DNA of 64,000 bases. It comes from Candidatus Woykebacteria bacterium. GTDB lineage: Bacteria > Patescibacteriota > Microgenomatia > Woykebacterales > RBG-16-39-9b. The DNA lies in NCBI GenBank assembly GCA_040876265.1, contig JBBDPN010000001.1:53691-117690 (forward strand), given 5' to 3'. The first letter of the stretch is position 1. Each line of letters opens with the position of its first letter. Below, in pieces: positions 27,321 through 36,746 of the stretch. A model generated the notes under the pieces. It searched no databases, was not told the origin of the DNA, and worked only from the letters and a program-made list of their open reading frames with translations. The position numbers were made by a program, and so were the translations under genes.

Positions 27321-28226
27321 ATGGAACGACTTGTTGATCTTCACACACACACGACACATTCTGATGGTGCTTTGAGCCCGGAAGAACTGATCAAAAAAGC
27401 CTCAGAAATAGGTTTGGCTGCGATCGCAATCGCCGATCACGAAAATACAGATGGTTTGAAAGAGGCATTAGTCGCCGGTAAAAAATACGGGGTCGAAATA
27501 GTACCAGCGGTGGAGATAAGCAGTTACCCAGATCCTCTCACCGAACATCATGTTCTGGGCTACTATATTGATTACAACGATAAAACCTTGCAAAGCACTC
27601 TTAAAAAATTACGGGAGGCCAGGGAGAAGCGAGCCCGGAAAGTCATCGACAATTTAAACGAGCTAGGTTACCAAATAAATTTTGGTGACGTGAAAGCGGC
27701 TGCTTCTGGGACAATAGTCCAGCCGCATATCGCCTGGGCGGTAATAGCCGATACTGAAAACCACAAAAAACTAAAAGAAGATTTTGGAGATATTCCCGAT
27801 ACCGGTGAATTTATACGAAAATATCTTATTCCGGGCGCACCAGCCTACGAATCACGGAAAACCCTACAGCCAAAAGAGGCAGTTGATCTAATACACAAAA
27901 CTAACGGAGTAGCGGTTTTTGCTCACCCATGTTGGACAACCGTCAAAAAAGAGGACGACAGATTAATATTTGACGATGAAAAATTTAACCTGATGGTAAA
28001 GGCCGGTATTGATGGTGTTGAGGTTCTCGCTCACCGAGGGGGTGAAGAAGATACAAAAAAAAGTGTAGAGCACTTTCTGGCTCTCACCAAAAAAAATAAT
28101 CTGTTTGTTACCGGTGGAAGTGATTATCATGGTTTTGGCAGCGCGGGCAAGGAATTAGGATTTGCAAATTTTTATCTGAAAGTTCCGTATAGTATTTTAG
28201 AAGGATTAAAAAAGAAAAGTGGTTAA
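27321..28226 (+). CDS. PHP-domain metal-dependent phosphoesterase
   Basis: DLHTHTTHSDG, ADHE, AHP, GGSDYHG. Confidence 0.92.
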   Translation: MERLVDLHTHTTHSDGALSPEELIKKASEIGLAAIAIADHENTDGLKEALVAGKKYGVEIVPAVEISSYPDPLTEHHVLGYYIDYNDKTLQSTLKKLREAREKRARKVIDNLNELGYQINFGDVKAAASGTIVQPHIAWAVIADTENHKKLKEDFGDIPDTGEFIRKYLIPGAPAYESRKTLQPKEAVDLIHKTNGVAVFAHPCWTTVKKEDDRLIFDDEKFNLMVKAGIDGVEVLAHRGGEEDTKKSVEHFLALTKKNNLFVTGGSDYHGFGSAGKELGFANFYLKVPYSILEGLKKKSG

Positions 28227-28533
28227 AGACTGTGTTTTTTGTAAGATTATAACTGGTGAGCTGGAAACAAAATTCGTCCACAGAGACGATGATGTTTTCG
28301 TTTTTCACGACATAAATCCAAAAGCAGCGGTACATTTATTAATTGTTCCCCGCGAACATATAAAAACGTTTTTAGACTTAAACGACAACCATTTTCAGGT
28401 GTTGACAAAACTGATAAAAGTGGTACAAAGATTAATACAGGACAAAAAATTAAGTAAAGGTTACCGTGTAGTAATCAACGGTGGAAAATACCAAGAAATA
28501 GATCATCTGCACTTTCACTTACTTAGCGATTAG
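28219..28533 (+). CDS. HIT-family nucleotide-binding protein
   Basis: DCVFCKI, DINPKA, HLHFHLL. Confidence 0.93.
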   Translation: MVKDCVFCKIITGELETKFVHRDDDVFVFHDINPKAAVHLLIVPREHIKTFLDLNDNHFQVLTKLIKVVQRLIQDKKLSKGYRVVINGGKYQEIDHLHFHLLSD

Positions 28534-28563
28534 AAACAGATTGGGGGTGTTTTATTACATTTC

Positions 28564-28749
28564 ATGGCTATTGTAAAGGCCAGTGAGGGAGAAAGCGCTG
28601 ATTCTTTGATAAGGAAGTTTAACAAAAAAGTCCAACAAGAAGGTATTCTCACAGAACTGCGCAAACGGGAATTTTATGAAAAGCCGGCTGAAGCTCGAAA
28701 GAAAGCAAAAGCAGCTTTAGTTAGGCGATTGAAAATGAGGCAAGATTAA
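28564..28749 (+). CDS. rpsU: 30S ribosomal protein S21
   Basis: ESADSLIRKF..GILTELRKREFYEKP. Confidence 0.92.
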   Translation: MAIVKASEGESADSLIRKFNKKVQQEGILTELRKREFYEKPAEARKKAKAALVRRLKMRQD

Positions 28750-28757
28750 TTTATAAA

Positions 28758-29219
28758 ATGACCTATAAAGTCGCCGCTTATGTTGAACCTCACTATCCAA
28801 TAAAAAAATCACTTCTTGTCCATAGCGCCGAAGCAGCGCTCACGGCGGCAAATGTCAAGGGAAAAATAGAGGTATTTGTTTCGGTCATTGGGGATCGGAA
28901 GATGAGAGGGCTAAATAAAGAATATCGTGGTATAGATGCGCCTACAGATGTACTTGCTTTTCCAGATTCGTTAGGAGAGGGCAAGGTAAAGGAGTTCGTC
29001 TCACCACCAAGCAAATATCTTAACCTTGGGGACGTTATTATCTCCTACCCACAACTTATCAATCGAGCCGCCAAGGAAGAGCTGATGGTAGATGATATGG
29101 CTCAGCTTCTTGTGATCCACGGTGTGTTCCACCTTCTTGGCTACGATCATGAAAAATCTGAAGAAGCTGCTTCCATGGAAGCCCTGGAAGATAAAGCCCT
29201 GGCGTCCGTAAAAGTGTAA
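28758..29219 (+). CDS. ybeY: rRNA maturation endoribonuclease YbeY
   Basis: LNKEYRG..TDVLAF, LGDVII, HGVFHLLGYDH. Confidence 0.95.
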   Translation: MTYKVAAYVEPHYPIKKSLLVHSAEAALTAANVKGKIEVFVSVIGDRKMRGLNKEYRGIDAPTDVLAFPDSLGEGKVKEFVSPPSKYLNLGDVIISYPQLINRAAKEELMVDDMAQLLVIHGVFHLLGYDHEKSEEAASMEALEDKALASVKV

Positions 29220-29267
29220 TCCCCACTTCATTGCAATTGCTGCTTATTTGCTGGTAAACTCTCGCTT

Positions 29268-29798
29268 ATGAAAGTGGTTGTAGGCCTTGGTAACCCAGGT
29301 GAAAAGTACTCCAATACTCGTCACAATATTGGTTTTCGGGTAGTCGATGAAATCTTAAAAACTTATCATGGTAGTCCAACCTATAATAAAAAATTTGAGT
29401 CAATAATATACTCCTTGGACACGGATAGGTTACTTTTGAAGCCGCAGACATTTATGAACTCCTCTGGCAAGGCGGTAAATCGAGTCGCCAACTTTTATAA
29501 GATAAAACCAGAGGGTCTCTTAGTGGTTCACGACGACGTTGATCTGAATTTTGGCGAGATCAAACACCAATTTGGTATAAGTAGTGCTGGCCACAAGGGC
29601 GTGCAATCTATTATCGAAGCGGTTGGTTCTGAACAATTTGGTCGGGTGCGAATTGGGGTGGGGAGGCCGAATCAGCCGGCTGGCGGAAAGATAGATACCG
29701 AAAGCTGGGTCCTCCAAAACTTTTCTGAAGATACTGGAGAAACCCAAAAGCTAGTTGAAAGAGCCGCCGAAGTTGTCGTCAATTGGTTAAAAGAGTAG
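29268..29798 (+). CDS. pth: Peptidyl-tRNA hydrolase
   Basis: VGLGNPG..TRHNIGF, KPQTFMNSSG, VHDDVD, GHKG, RVRIGVGRP. Confidence 0.96.
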   Translation: MKVVVGLGNPGEKYSNTRHNIGFRVVDEILKTYHGSPTYNKKFESIIYSLDTDRLLLKPQTFMNSSGKAVNRVANFYKIKPEGLLVVHDDVDLNFGEIKHQFGISSAGHKGVQSIIEAVGSEQFGRVRIGVGRPNQPAGGKIDTESWVLQNFSEDTGETQKLVERAAEVVVNWLKE

Positions 29799-29827
29799 AA
29801 TAACTCCAAACAATCTAATAATTTATA

Positions 29828-29856
29828 CCCCTATTATTGTTAAATAGGGGGTTTTT
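29828..29856 (+). terminator. Terminator after pth
   Basis: cccctatt..aatagggg stem followed by a T-run. Confidence 0.6.
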
Positions 29857-29929
29857 GCGTTGTTGGAACAATGGAGAAACAAGGTTTAACTACAAAAATA
29901 GCCTAACTGTTTTTATCGAAATTCAAAAT

Positions 29930-32038
29930 ATGGAGCAACAAGGGTTTTCTCTAAAAATTACAGAAAAGATAAATCCGATTGATTTAGCCAAGAAGTTGGT
30001 TGGATTAGGTTATGAAAAGGTTGGTATTTCAACGCCGGCCAAAGAAGGGCAGTTTTCCGTTCGTGGGGGGCTGCTGGATTTGTGGCTCGAAAGATACAAA
30101 ATGCCAGTAAGACTTGATTTAATAGGCGAACAAGTTGAAAACGTTTATCTATTTAATCCACTTACTCAAGCAAAAATAAAAAATTTAAGCCAGGTCTACA
30201 TAGTACCTTTTGGTGTTACGCCGAAACTAGCGCCAAAATGGACAAAAAAAGTGCAGTTTCCCTCAAGAGGCGGGCAATACGAAAGACTGTTTCTCTCCGA
30301 GGTCCAACCAGGAGACTTGGTCGTCCACATCGATCACGGAGTTGGCAAGTTTTTAGGTGTTGTAGGTGGTAGGTCGGTCGGGATCCGAAACGTTCGCGAT
30401 CAAACGCGACTTCCTCCGGAACGCGCGCCTTCACCCCGACAGAAACGGGGTTCAGGTACGCCCCGAAAGGTCGTGGCTAGTGATCGACTCACTTTTCCGG
30501 ACACCCTCCCGCCTTACCAAGAGGAGCCTCTAGCCCACAAAGTGGTCGCAGAGCGCGAAGCGATCTACAAATTGGATCGACCCGCCGATAAGCAGGTATT
30601 GGCTATCGAATACGCGAAAGGCGGCAAACTTTACGTACCAATTGAGCAGATCGAGCGAGTCACAAAGTATATTGGTGCCGCTGGTTTTAGACCCAGATTG
30701 AACTCACTTGGCAGCGGGAGTTGGGAGAGAGTTAAAGCCAAAGTTGAAGAATCAATAGTAAGAATTGCGCAGAATTTATTAAATCTTTACGCTCGGCGCG
30801 AACTGGTGAAAAGGCCTGCTTACTTAAAAGATACCGCCTGGCAAAAACAAATGGAAGATTCGTTTGAATTTGAAGAAACAAACGACCAGTCGAAGGTAAC
30901 TAGCGAAATAAAAAGGGATCTGGAAGGTACGAAACCAATGGATAGAATTTTGGTGGGAGATGTTGGTTTTGGTAAAACCGAGGTGGCTATCCGTGCCGCT
31001 TTCAAAGTAGTTCAAGAGTCTCACCAAGTGGCTGTTTTGGTACCTACTACACTTTTGGCACAGCAACATTACCATCTTTTTAAGGATCGACTAAAAGAAT
31101 TTCCGGTAGAAATCGAAATTCTTTCTAGATTTAGAAACAAAGAAGAGCAAAACACAACATTAGGTAACCTAGCCTCGGGGAAAGTTGATATTGTCCTAGG
31201 AACACATAGATTGCTTTCTGCTGATGTTGACTTTAAAAATTTAGGCCTGCTTATCATTGATGAGGAACACAGGTTCGGCGTAGTCCACAAAGAAAAATTA
31301 AAAAAAATTCGGGCGAGTGTTGACGTTCTTTCAATGAGTGCGACTCCAATTCCTAGGACATTGCATATGGCCCTTAGCAAACTGCGTAATATCTCTGTGT
31401 TGAAGGAAGCACCGGTAGGTAGAAAACCGGTCCAAACTTTTGTCGGAGAAGATGATCTAGAAAAAGCAAAAATGGCGATCGAGACCGAGATAGCTCGGGG
31501 CGGACAGATCTATTATCTTTATAACAATGTAGCTGGAGTTGCCAAAAAAACGGTTGATATAAATACCCTTGTTCCAAAAGCAAGAGTCGTCTTTGCTCAC
31601 GGTAGGATGGCCGAGCAAGATTTGGAAAAAACAATGGGACAGTTTTATTCTGGCCAAGCAGATATCCTGGTTTGTACAACCATTATCGGTTCTGGTCTCG
31701 ATATGCCTAATGTAAACACAATCCTCATCGAAGACGCTCAAAATTTTGGTTTGGCCGAGCTCCATCAGCTCCGTGGTCGTGTGGGCCGGTCGGACAAGCA
31801 AGCCTACTCTTATCTTTTTTATCCAAAAGGCTATCTACCGGTTGGTAATGTACTCGAAAGATTATTAGCTATATCTGGCTCGACGCAGCTTGGGGCTGGT
31901 TTTGATATAGCCAAGAAAGATTTGAAAATTCGTGGAGCCGGCAATTTGCTGGGGAAGCGGCAGAGTGGTAATATTGCTCTTGTCGGCTACGAGCTATACA
32001 TTCAACTGCTGTCCCAGCAAATTGAAAAGCTAAAATAA
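29930..32038 (+). CDS. mfd: Transcription-repair coupling factor Mfd (minimal form, with in-frame insertion)
   Basis: GQFSVRGGLLD, VVHIDHGVG (RID), GDVGFGKTEVA, DEEH, SATPIPRT, QLRGRVGR, TRG motif. Ends before the usual C-terminal domain. Confidence 0.92.
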   Translation: MEQQGFSLKITEKINPIDLAKKLVGLGYEKVGISTPAKEGQFSVRGGLLDLWLERYKMPVRLDLIGEQVENVYLFNPLTQAKIKNLSQVYIVPFGVTPKLAPKWTKKVQFPSRGGQYERLFLSEVQPGDLVVHIDHGVGKFLGVVGGRSVGIRNVRDQTRLPPERAPSPRQKRGSGTPRKVVASDRLTFPDTLPPYQEEPLAHKVVAEREAIYKLDRPADKQVLAIEYAKGGKLYVPIEQIERVTKYIGAAGFRPRLNSLGSGSWERVKAKVEESIVRIAQNLLNLYARRELVKRPAYLKDTAWQKQMEDSFEFEETNDQSKVTSEIKRDLEGTKPMDRILVGDVGFGKTEVAIRAAFKVVQESHQVAVLVPTTLLAQQHYHLFKDRLKEFPVEIEILSRFRNKEEQNTTLGNLASGKVDIVLGTHRLLSADVDFKNLGLLIIDEEHRFGVVHKEKLKKIRASVDVLSMSATPIPRTLHMALSKLRNISVLKEAPVGRKPVQTFVGEDDLEKAKMAIETEIARGGQIYYLYNNVAGVAKKTVDINTLVPKARVVFAHGRMAEQDLEKTMGQFYSGQADILVCTTIIGSGLDMPNVNTILIEDAQNFGLAELHQLRGRVGRSDKQAYSYLFYPKGYLPVGNVLERLLAISGSTQLGAGFDIAKKDLKIRGAGNLLGKRQSGNIALVGYELYIQLLSQQIEKLK
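30373..30589 (+). mobile_element. Structured in-frame insertion in mfd with inverted termini
   Basis: gtcggtcgggatccg ... tggatcgacccgccgat termini pair; nested stems; contains ctagcccac..agtggtcgca shared with the dispersed repeat. Confidence 0.7.
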
Positions 32039-32060
32039 GAAGACAGGAGGTACGGAGATC

Positions 32061-32174
32061 GTGATTAGGTTGAAAGGTGCTGTAGCTACTTTCTACGCTC
32101 TGGTGGTAGTCATCGCCCTCGCGCTCGCCGCGTCAAGTCGGGGGCTGACCGATCTCATCAACTGGATCTTTTAG
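32061..32174 (+). CDS. 37-aa hydrophobic peptide (not in ORF track)
   Basis: AGGAGG SD, GTG start, single TM-like stretch. Confidence 0.4.
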   Translation: MIRLKGAVATFYALVVVIALALAASSRGLTDLINWIF

Positions 32175-32211
32175 GTCACAGGGCGATCATAGGTTTGATT
32201 AGAGCTAGGGA

Positions 32212-32532
32212 GTGGAGATGAAAATCGCAGGTAGTTGGCTTGGTGTCAATCTGAGGCGCGGGGAGGTAATTGTAGGAGTGCGTGTCCTAGGGCAGGCAAA
32301 TAGAGTAATAAAACCTGCCTTTCGGTACCAACCCCTGCCGTCTTTCATGCACATTCTAGCGAGGCTATGTGATGGCGAAGAGCTGATATACGACCCTAGC
32401 CTCAAGTTAAGTCTAGACATTATCGAGAAGATGTTGTCTAGGTTAAACAAAGATCTGGGAACCGATTTCCAGCTAGTAGCCCGACAGATCAAAAAGAACA
32501 GGAAACCAAGGGTGCTTCTGGTGGGAGGATAG
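32212..32532 (+). CDS. Hypothetical protein
   Basis: ORF with SD; no motif. Confidence 0.4.
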   Translation: MEMKIAGSWLGVNLRRGEVIVGVRVLGQANRVIKPAFRYQPLPSFMHILARLCDGEELIYDPSLKLSLDIIEKMLSRLNKDLGTDFQLVARQIKKNRKPRVLLVGG

Positions 32533-32542
32533 AGGCGGTTAA

Positions 32543-32941
32543 TTGTTGACGCCGATAGTAGTAATTGGTGTATCATCTTCGTCCAAACCAGATAGAAGGG
32601 AGGTGAGAGAGATGCCGACTGGGTTGGTTGCACCTACCATCAGGCAGCACATCCAACAGGCTTCTGTGGGTGACAACATCGAAGAGGAGCGCGATCGAGA
32701 GTGGCTCTCTGAGGTGCTCGCTCGGATGCAGTATCCCAATAATTACCAATTTTTCCGCCGCATTGCTGGTCGGAAAGATTCGGAGAGACTTGTCCGGACA
32801 ATCATTCGTGTTTTGCGGGGAACAAAGGATCTGAACTGGGTCTTGCACGAGGCAGAAAAAGTCTTCGGAGCAGGAGTGCCGCCGTTTCAGCAAAAGCTGT
32901 TGAGCATGATCCGAGAAGCCCAGAAAAATCACTCCACTTAG
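32543..32941 (+). CDS. Hypothetical protein
   Basis: ORF; GGAGGTGA SD before the internal ATG (MPTG..). Confidence 0.45.
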   Translation: MLTPIVVIGVSSSSKPDRREVREMPTGLVAPTIRQHIQQASVGDNIEEERDREWLSEVLARMQYPNNYQFFRRIAGRKDSERLVRTIIRVLRGTKDLNWVLHEAEKVFGAGVPPFQQKLLSMIREAQKNHST

Positions 32942-32984
32942 CCCTGTTTTTTGCACCTAGTGCGAGGGATGGGGCTACCACTTT

Positions 32985-33374
32985 TTATTGAGGCAAATTT
33001 TCGCTGCGGTGGGGATCTTTTTCCCCTACAAAAACTATCCAGCCATCATCATGTTTTGGCCCGCATACTATTTTGTCCCCAACAACTTTTTCGCAATCGT
33101 TTCGATCGTCATGGTGAGTATTGTGTAGCAACCCTCCGTATTTATTCCAGACATACGTACCTTTTACTTCCACCTCATCGCCGATTTTTATTTCAGGGCG
33201 ATAGGCCCTTTCTAGGTTGTGAGAGACTAAAAGTGTACGACCAGAGGGTACTTTTATAACAAAGCGTTGGTGATGAGTGCCTTTGTGATCATCGCCAAGA
33301 ATTTTAAAAACTTTACCATTCGCCACCAAAGTAACACCCGAAAGCTTATTTTTAAACGCTTCTTCTACAGCCAT
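32985..33374 (-). CDS. DUF3465-like OB-fold protein
   Basis: G.V..IL.DD..GT.HQRF, VSHN, G.YVWN.YGG..H.THHD. Confidence 0.8.
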   Translation of the reverse strand: MAVEEAFKNKLSGVTLVANGKVFKILGDDHKGTHHQRFVIKVPSGRTLLVSHNLERAYRPEIKIGDEVEVKGTYVWNKYGGLLHNTHHDDRNDCEKVVGDKIVCGPKHDDGWIVFVGEKDPHRSENLPQ

Positions 33375-33460
33375 GTTATTAGTATCTTTTATTTGGAATT
33401 TTGGATCAAGTCTGGATTGCAGTTTCTAAGGATTGTAGTAAAATATTTGGGCGATGGTTT

Positions 33461-33552
33461 TTAACCCACGAACTCCGATCAGATCGGAGGAAGTGGTCTC
33501 CGCAGCCGAGAGCACTGAGAAACCTTGTGTTTTGTATGACAGAGGATGCTAT
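33461..33552 (+). repeat. Dispersed structured repeat, copy C (upstream of dnaX)
   Basis: ttaacccacgaactccgatcagatcggaggaagtggtc..gcagccgagagcact..ggatgctat. Confidence 0.85.
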
Positions 33553-33565
33553 ATCGTAAATAATT

Positions 33566-35197
33566 ATGGTACTTTACAGAAAATACCGGCCTCAAAAACT
33601 GTCCGAAGTTGTGGGGCAAGAACATATTAAAGAACCCCTCCTAGCTTCGTTAAAGAGAGGAAAGGTGCCTCACGCGCTTCTTCTTACCGGCCCGCGGGGA
33701 ACTGGGAAGACGTCTGTTGCTAGGATAATCGCAAAAGCAGTAAATTGCGAGAAGCGAGCCCAGAAAAAAGGCGACTCCTGGAGTTTTTCAGAACCATGTA
33801 ACGCCTGCATCACCTGCAAAGCCGTGAGCAGCGGTTCACATCTAGACGTAATGGAGATAGATGCTGCCAGCAATAGGGGTATTGACGAGATACGTGATCT
33901 GCGCGAAAAAGTGAGACTGTTACCTTCGTCTGGGAATTTCAAAGTTTACATCATAGACGAGGCTCACATGTTGACCACGGAAGCTTTTAACGCTCTTTTG
34001 AAAACTTTGGAGGAGCCACCACCACACTCCCTCTTTATCTTAGCTACCACTGAACCGCACAAAATCCCAGCGACTATTGCTAGTAGGAGTACGCACTATG
34101 ATTTTAATGTACCTAGTATAGACCAAATAAGGGAAAAACTAGCCTACATAGCGAAAAAAGAAGGTTGGGGAACTCCGGAAGAGTCTTTAAAGGAAATCGC
34201 TTCTCTTGCCGCTGGTGCTTTTCGGGATGCCGAAGTTCTATTGGAAAAAATAGCCTCTTACGACCCAAAAGCAAATTTGGAAAAAATTAGACAACTCCTG
34301 GGTAAAAAAGAAACAAAAACAGTAATTACTTTTTTGAAATTTCTGCAAGAGGGAAAGGCGAAAGAGGCTCTTACCTGGTTGTCTAGTTTCGTAAGTGAAG
34401 GTGGAAGCGTTAGAGTTTTAAGCGAGTCTGTTCTAGATGTTTTACGCAAGATACTACTTATAAAGGCGGGTGCAGAGAGAGGGATTGGAGCTCTTACGGA
34501 AGAGGAGGATACAGATCTTCGAGAACTAGCGAAACAGCTTTCAAAGCAAAGACTACTTGTCCTGGTCGATCTATTTAACAAAAGTATCTCGGACCTGCGT
34601 GATGCTTCCATACCACAGCTCCCCTTAGAAATCGCTGTTATTGAAGCAACGATTGACCTAGCTTCAGAAGAACCACGTGAAGAGGAGAAGGATAAGGAAG
34701 TTACTCAAGATAGAGAAGAAATGCATACACATAAGGAAAAAACCAGAGGTGTTAAGGATAAAAAAGAAAATACCAACTCACAGAACGTTAGTAACAAAAA
34801 AGTTAGCGAAGAAGATCTATCAACACGTAAATCCACGAAATCCAGCGTTAAACTTATAAAGCGGATCGAAGAAAACTGGCCTGCTTTTTTGAAAGAAGTG
34901 AAAAAGCAAAACTCTTCAGTGGAGATGTTTTTGAGAAATGCGACGCCAGCGGAAGTAGATGAGGACTTGTTGATGATAGAGTTTCCCTACAAGTTTCACA
35001 AATCTAAGATTGAGGAAAAAAAGTATAAAGATTTGGTGGAAGGGCAGTTGCAGGAATTTTTTGGAACCGCTTTGAGGATAAAGGGGTTGGTGTCTAAAAA
35101 AGCTCCCGATCCAAAAAAAGAAAACTCAGCGGAAGTCCCGCTATCAAAGCAAAAAGACGAGGTTGATCCAGTCTCGGTGTTCGGGCATCTCGACTGA
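33566..35197 (+). CDS. dnaX: DNA polymerase III subunit gamma/tau
   Basis: [40 protein letters not shown]. Confidence 0.97.
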   Translation: MVLYRKYRPQKLSEVVGQEHIKEPLLASLKRGKVPHALLLTGPRGTGKTSVARIIAKAVNCEKRAQKKGDSWSFSEPCNACITCKAVSSGSHLDVMEIDAASNRGIDEIRDLREKVRLLPSSGNFKVYIIDEAHMLTTEAFNALLKTLEEPPPHSLFILATTEPHKIPATIASRSTHYDFNVPSIDQIREKLAYIAKKEGWGTPEESLKEIASLAAGAFRDAEVLLEKIASYDPKANLEKIRQLLGKKETKTVITFLKFLQEGKAKEALTWLSSFVSEGGSVRVLSESVLDVLRKILLIKAGAERGIGALTEEEDTDLRELAKQLSKQRLLVLVDLFNKSISDLRDASIPQLPLEIAVIEATIDLASEEPREEEKDKEVTQDREEMHTHKEKTRGVKDKKENTNSQNVSNKKVSEEDLSTRKSTKSSVKLIKRIEENWPAFLKEVKKQNSSVEMFLRNATPAEVDEDLLMIEFPYKFHKSKIEEKKYKDLVEGQLQEFFGTALRIKGLVSKKAPDPKKENSAEVPLSKQKDEVDPVSVFGHLD

Positions 35198-35230
35198 AAA
35201 TGTATAATAAAAAGTGCAAAGGAGGAAAAT

Positions 35231-35512
35231 ATGTTTGATAAATTAAAACAAATGTACGAATTAAAAAGAAAAGCCGATCAGATTAAAAAGGATCTGGAAT
35301 CGGAAGTGATTGATGTCGAAGTAGGAGATGTGAAGGTGCGTATAAACGCAGCCCAAAAGATCCAGAGAATCGACTTCCCAGACGGAGTCGAACCGGACAA
35401 ATTGAAAGACGCTGTCAATAAAGCTCTGGATGAGGCCCAAAAAATCGCCGCAAAGCGAATGCAGGGGATGATGGGTGGAATGGATGGGCTCCAAGATCTT
35501 CTAAAGGGATAG
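35231..35512 (+). CDS. YbaB/EbfC nucleoid-associated protein
   Basis: Lies between dnaX and recR; size and sequence pattern fit. Confidence 0.85.
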   Translation: MFDKLKQMYELKRKADQIKKDLESEVIDVEVGDVKVRINAAQKIQRIDFPDGVEPDKLKDAVNKALDEAQKIAAKRMQGMMGGMDGLQDLLKG

Positions 35513-35514
35513 CG

Positions 35515-36114
35515 ATGATGCGACTTCCGAAATCAGTTGCTAGTTTGATAGTAGAACTCGAAAAATTACCTGGAATTGGTCCAAAGTCGGCAGAACGACT
35601 AACCTACCACCTTCTCAACGCCCCTAAAGAGTATTCAGCTAGTCTAGCTGAGGCTGTTTCGCAGCTAAAAGAAAAAACTACGGTTTGCGCTACCTGTTAC
35701 AACATTGCTGAGGCCAATCCCTGCGATATTTGTGGCGAAAATTCACGCGACAAATCAATAATTATGGTAGTCGAAGATCCACTGGATATTTTGGCGCTGG
35801 AAAAATCACGTGCCTACACTGGTCTTTACCACGTTTTGGGTGGGTGTATCGCACCGTTGCAAGGCATCGGACCAGAGCACCTGCGGATAAAAGAGCTGTT
35901 ACCGCGGCTACGCAACGGTAGTGTAAAAGAGGTGGTTCTCGCTACCAACCCAAGCGTGGAGGGTGAAAGCACAGCCATGTATTTACAAAAACTGATTTCC
36001 CCGCTTGGACCAAAAATCACTCGTATAGCGCGAGGTTTACCGGTAGGTGCCGATCTAGAATATGCGGACGAGGTAACACTATCTAGAGCAATTGAAGGAC
36101 GAAGTGAATATTAG
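35515..36114 (+). CDS. recR: Recombination mediator RecR
   Basis: LPGIGPKSAERL, C4 zinc finger, YHVLGG, ATNPSVEGE, LEYADEVTL. Confidence 0.97.
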   Translation: MMRLPKSVASLIVELEKLPGIGPKSAERLTYHLLNAPKEYSASLAEAVSQLKEKTTVCATCYNIAEANPCDICGENSRDKSIIMVVEDPLDILALEKSRAYTGLYHVLGGCIAPLQGIGPEHLRIKELLPRLRNGSVKEVVLATNPSVEGESTAMYLQKLISPLGPKITRIARGLPVGADLEYADEVTLSRAIEGRSEY

Positions 36115-36672
36115 ATGAAAGAAAGATTGATTTTGGGACTGGTTGGGACTCTTGGAGCGGGGAAAAGCACAGTAGTTGATTATTTAACCTCCAAAGGCTT
36201 CGATTACATAAAACTCTCAAATATTATAAGAGAAAATTCTAAAAAGAAACGACTTGATAGAGGCGATTTACAAAATGAGGGCGATAGGTTAAGGAAGGAG
36301 TTCGGAGGGGATTTTTTAGCCAAAAAAGCCTGGGGAAAAATATCCAAAGACAAAAGTAAGAATTTCCTAGTAGACGGACTAAGAAATACCGCCGAGGTAG
36401 AGTTTCTGCGCACGAAAAAAGGGTTTTATTTGGTTTCAATTGATAAACACCCGAGAAGTAGGTTCAAACGGCTTAAAATTCGCGGTAGTGAACGGGACCC
36501 AAAGACTTGGGAGGAGTTTAGGGCAATGGAACAAAGAGATTTGGATGAGCATAAGGAGTTTGGTCAGCAAACCAGGGCGGTAATGAAAATGGCTGATTTT
36601 TCTATTCAAAACGATTCACCAATAGAATTTTTTCTGGCGATAGAGGATATGGTGAAGAAATTAACCAGTTAA
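36115..36672 (+). CDS. P-loop NMP/dephospho-CoA kinase-like protein
   Basis: GTLGAGKS, VDGLRN..EVE, ADFSIQND. Confidence 0.75.
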   Translation: MKERLILGLVGTLGAGKSTVVDYLTSKGFDYIKLSNIIRENSKKKRLDRGDLQNEGDRLRKEFGGDFLAKKAWGKISKDKSKNFLVDGLRNTAEVEFLRTKKGFYLVSIDKHPRSRFKRLKIRGSERDPKTWEEFRAMEQRDLDEHKEFGQQTRAVMKMADFSIQNDSPIEFFLAIEDMVKKLTS

Positions 36673-36680
36673 GGGGTTGG

Positions 36681-36738
36681 TGAGGCCGTGTCCTACGGGT
36701 ATCGCTAGTGCTGCGAAACCCTTCGAAGACGGCCTCAA
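36681..36738. terminator. Hairpin between convergent genes
   Basis: tgaggccgt..acggcctca. Confidence 0.5.
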
Positions 36739-36746
36739 TCGAATAG

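Noticed and set aside
30373-30589. Mfd insertion as an intein
   Set aside because: Too short, with no terminal His-Asn followed by Cys/Ser/Thr. The signal is in nucleotide pairing.
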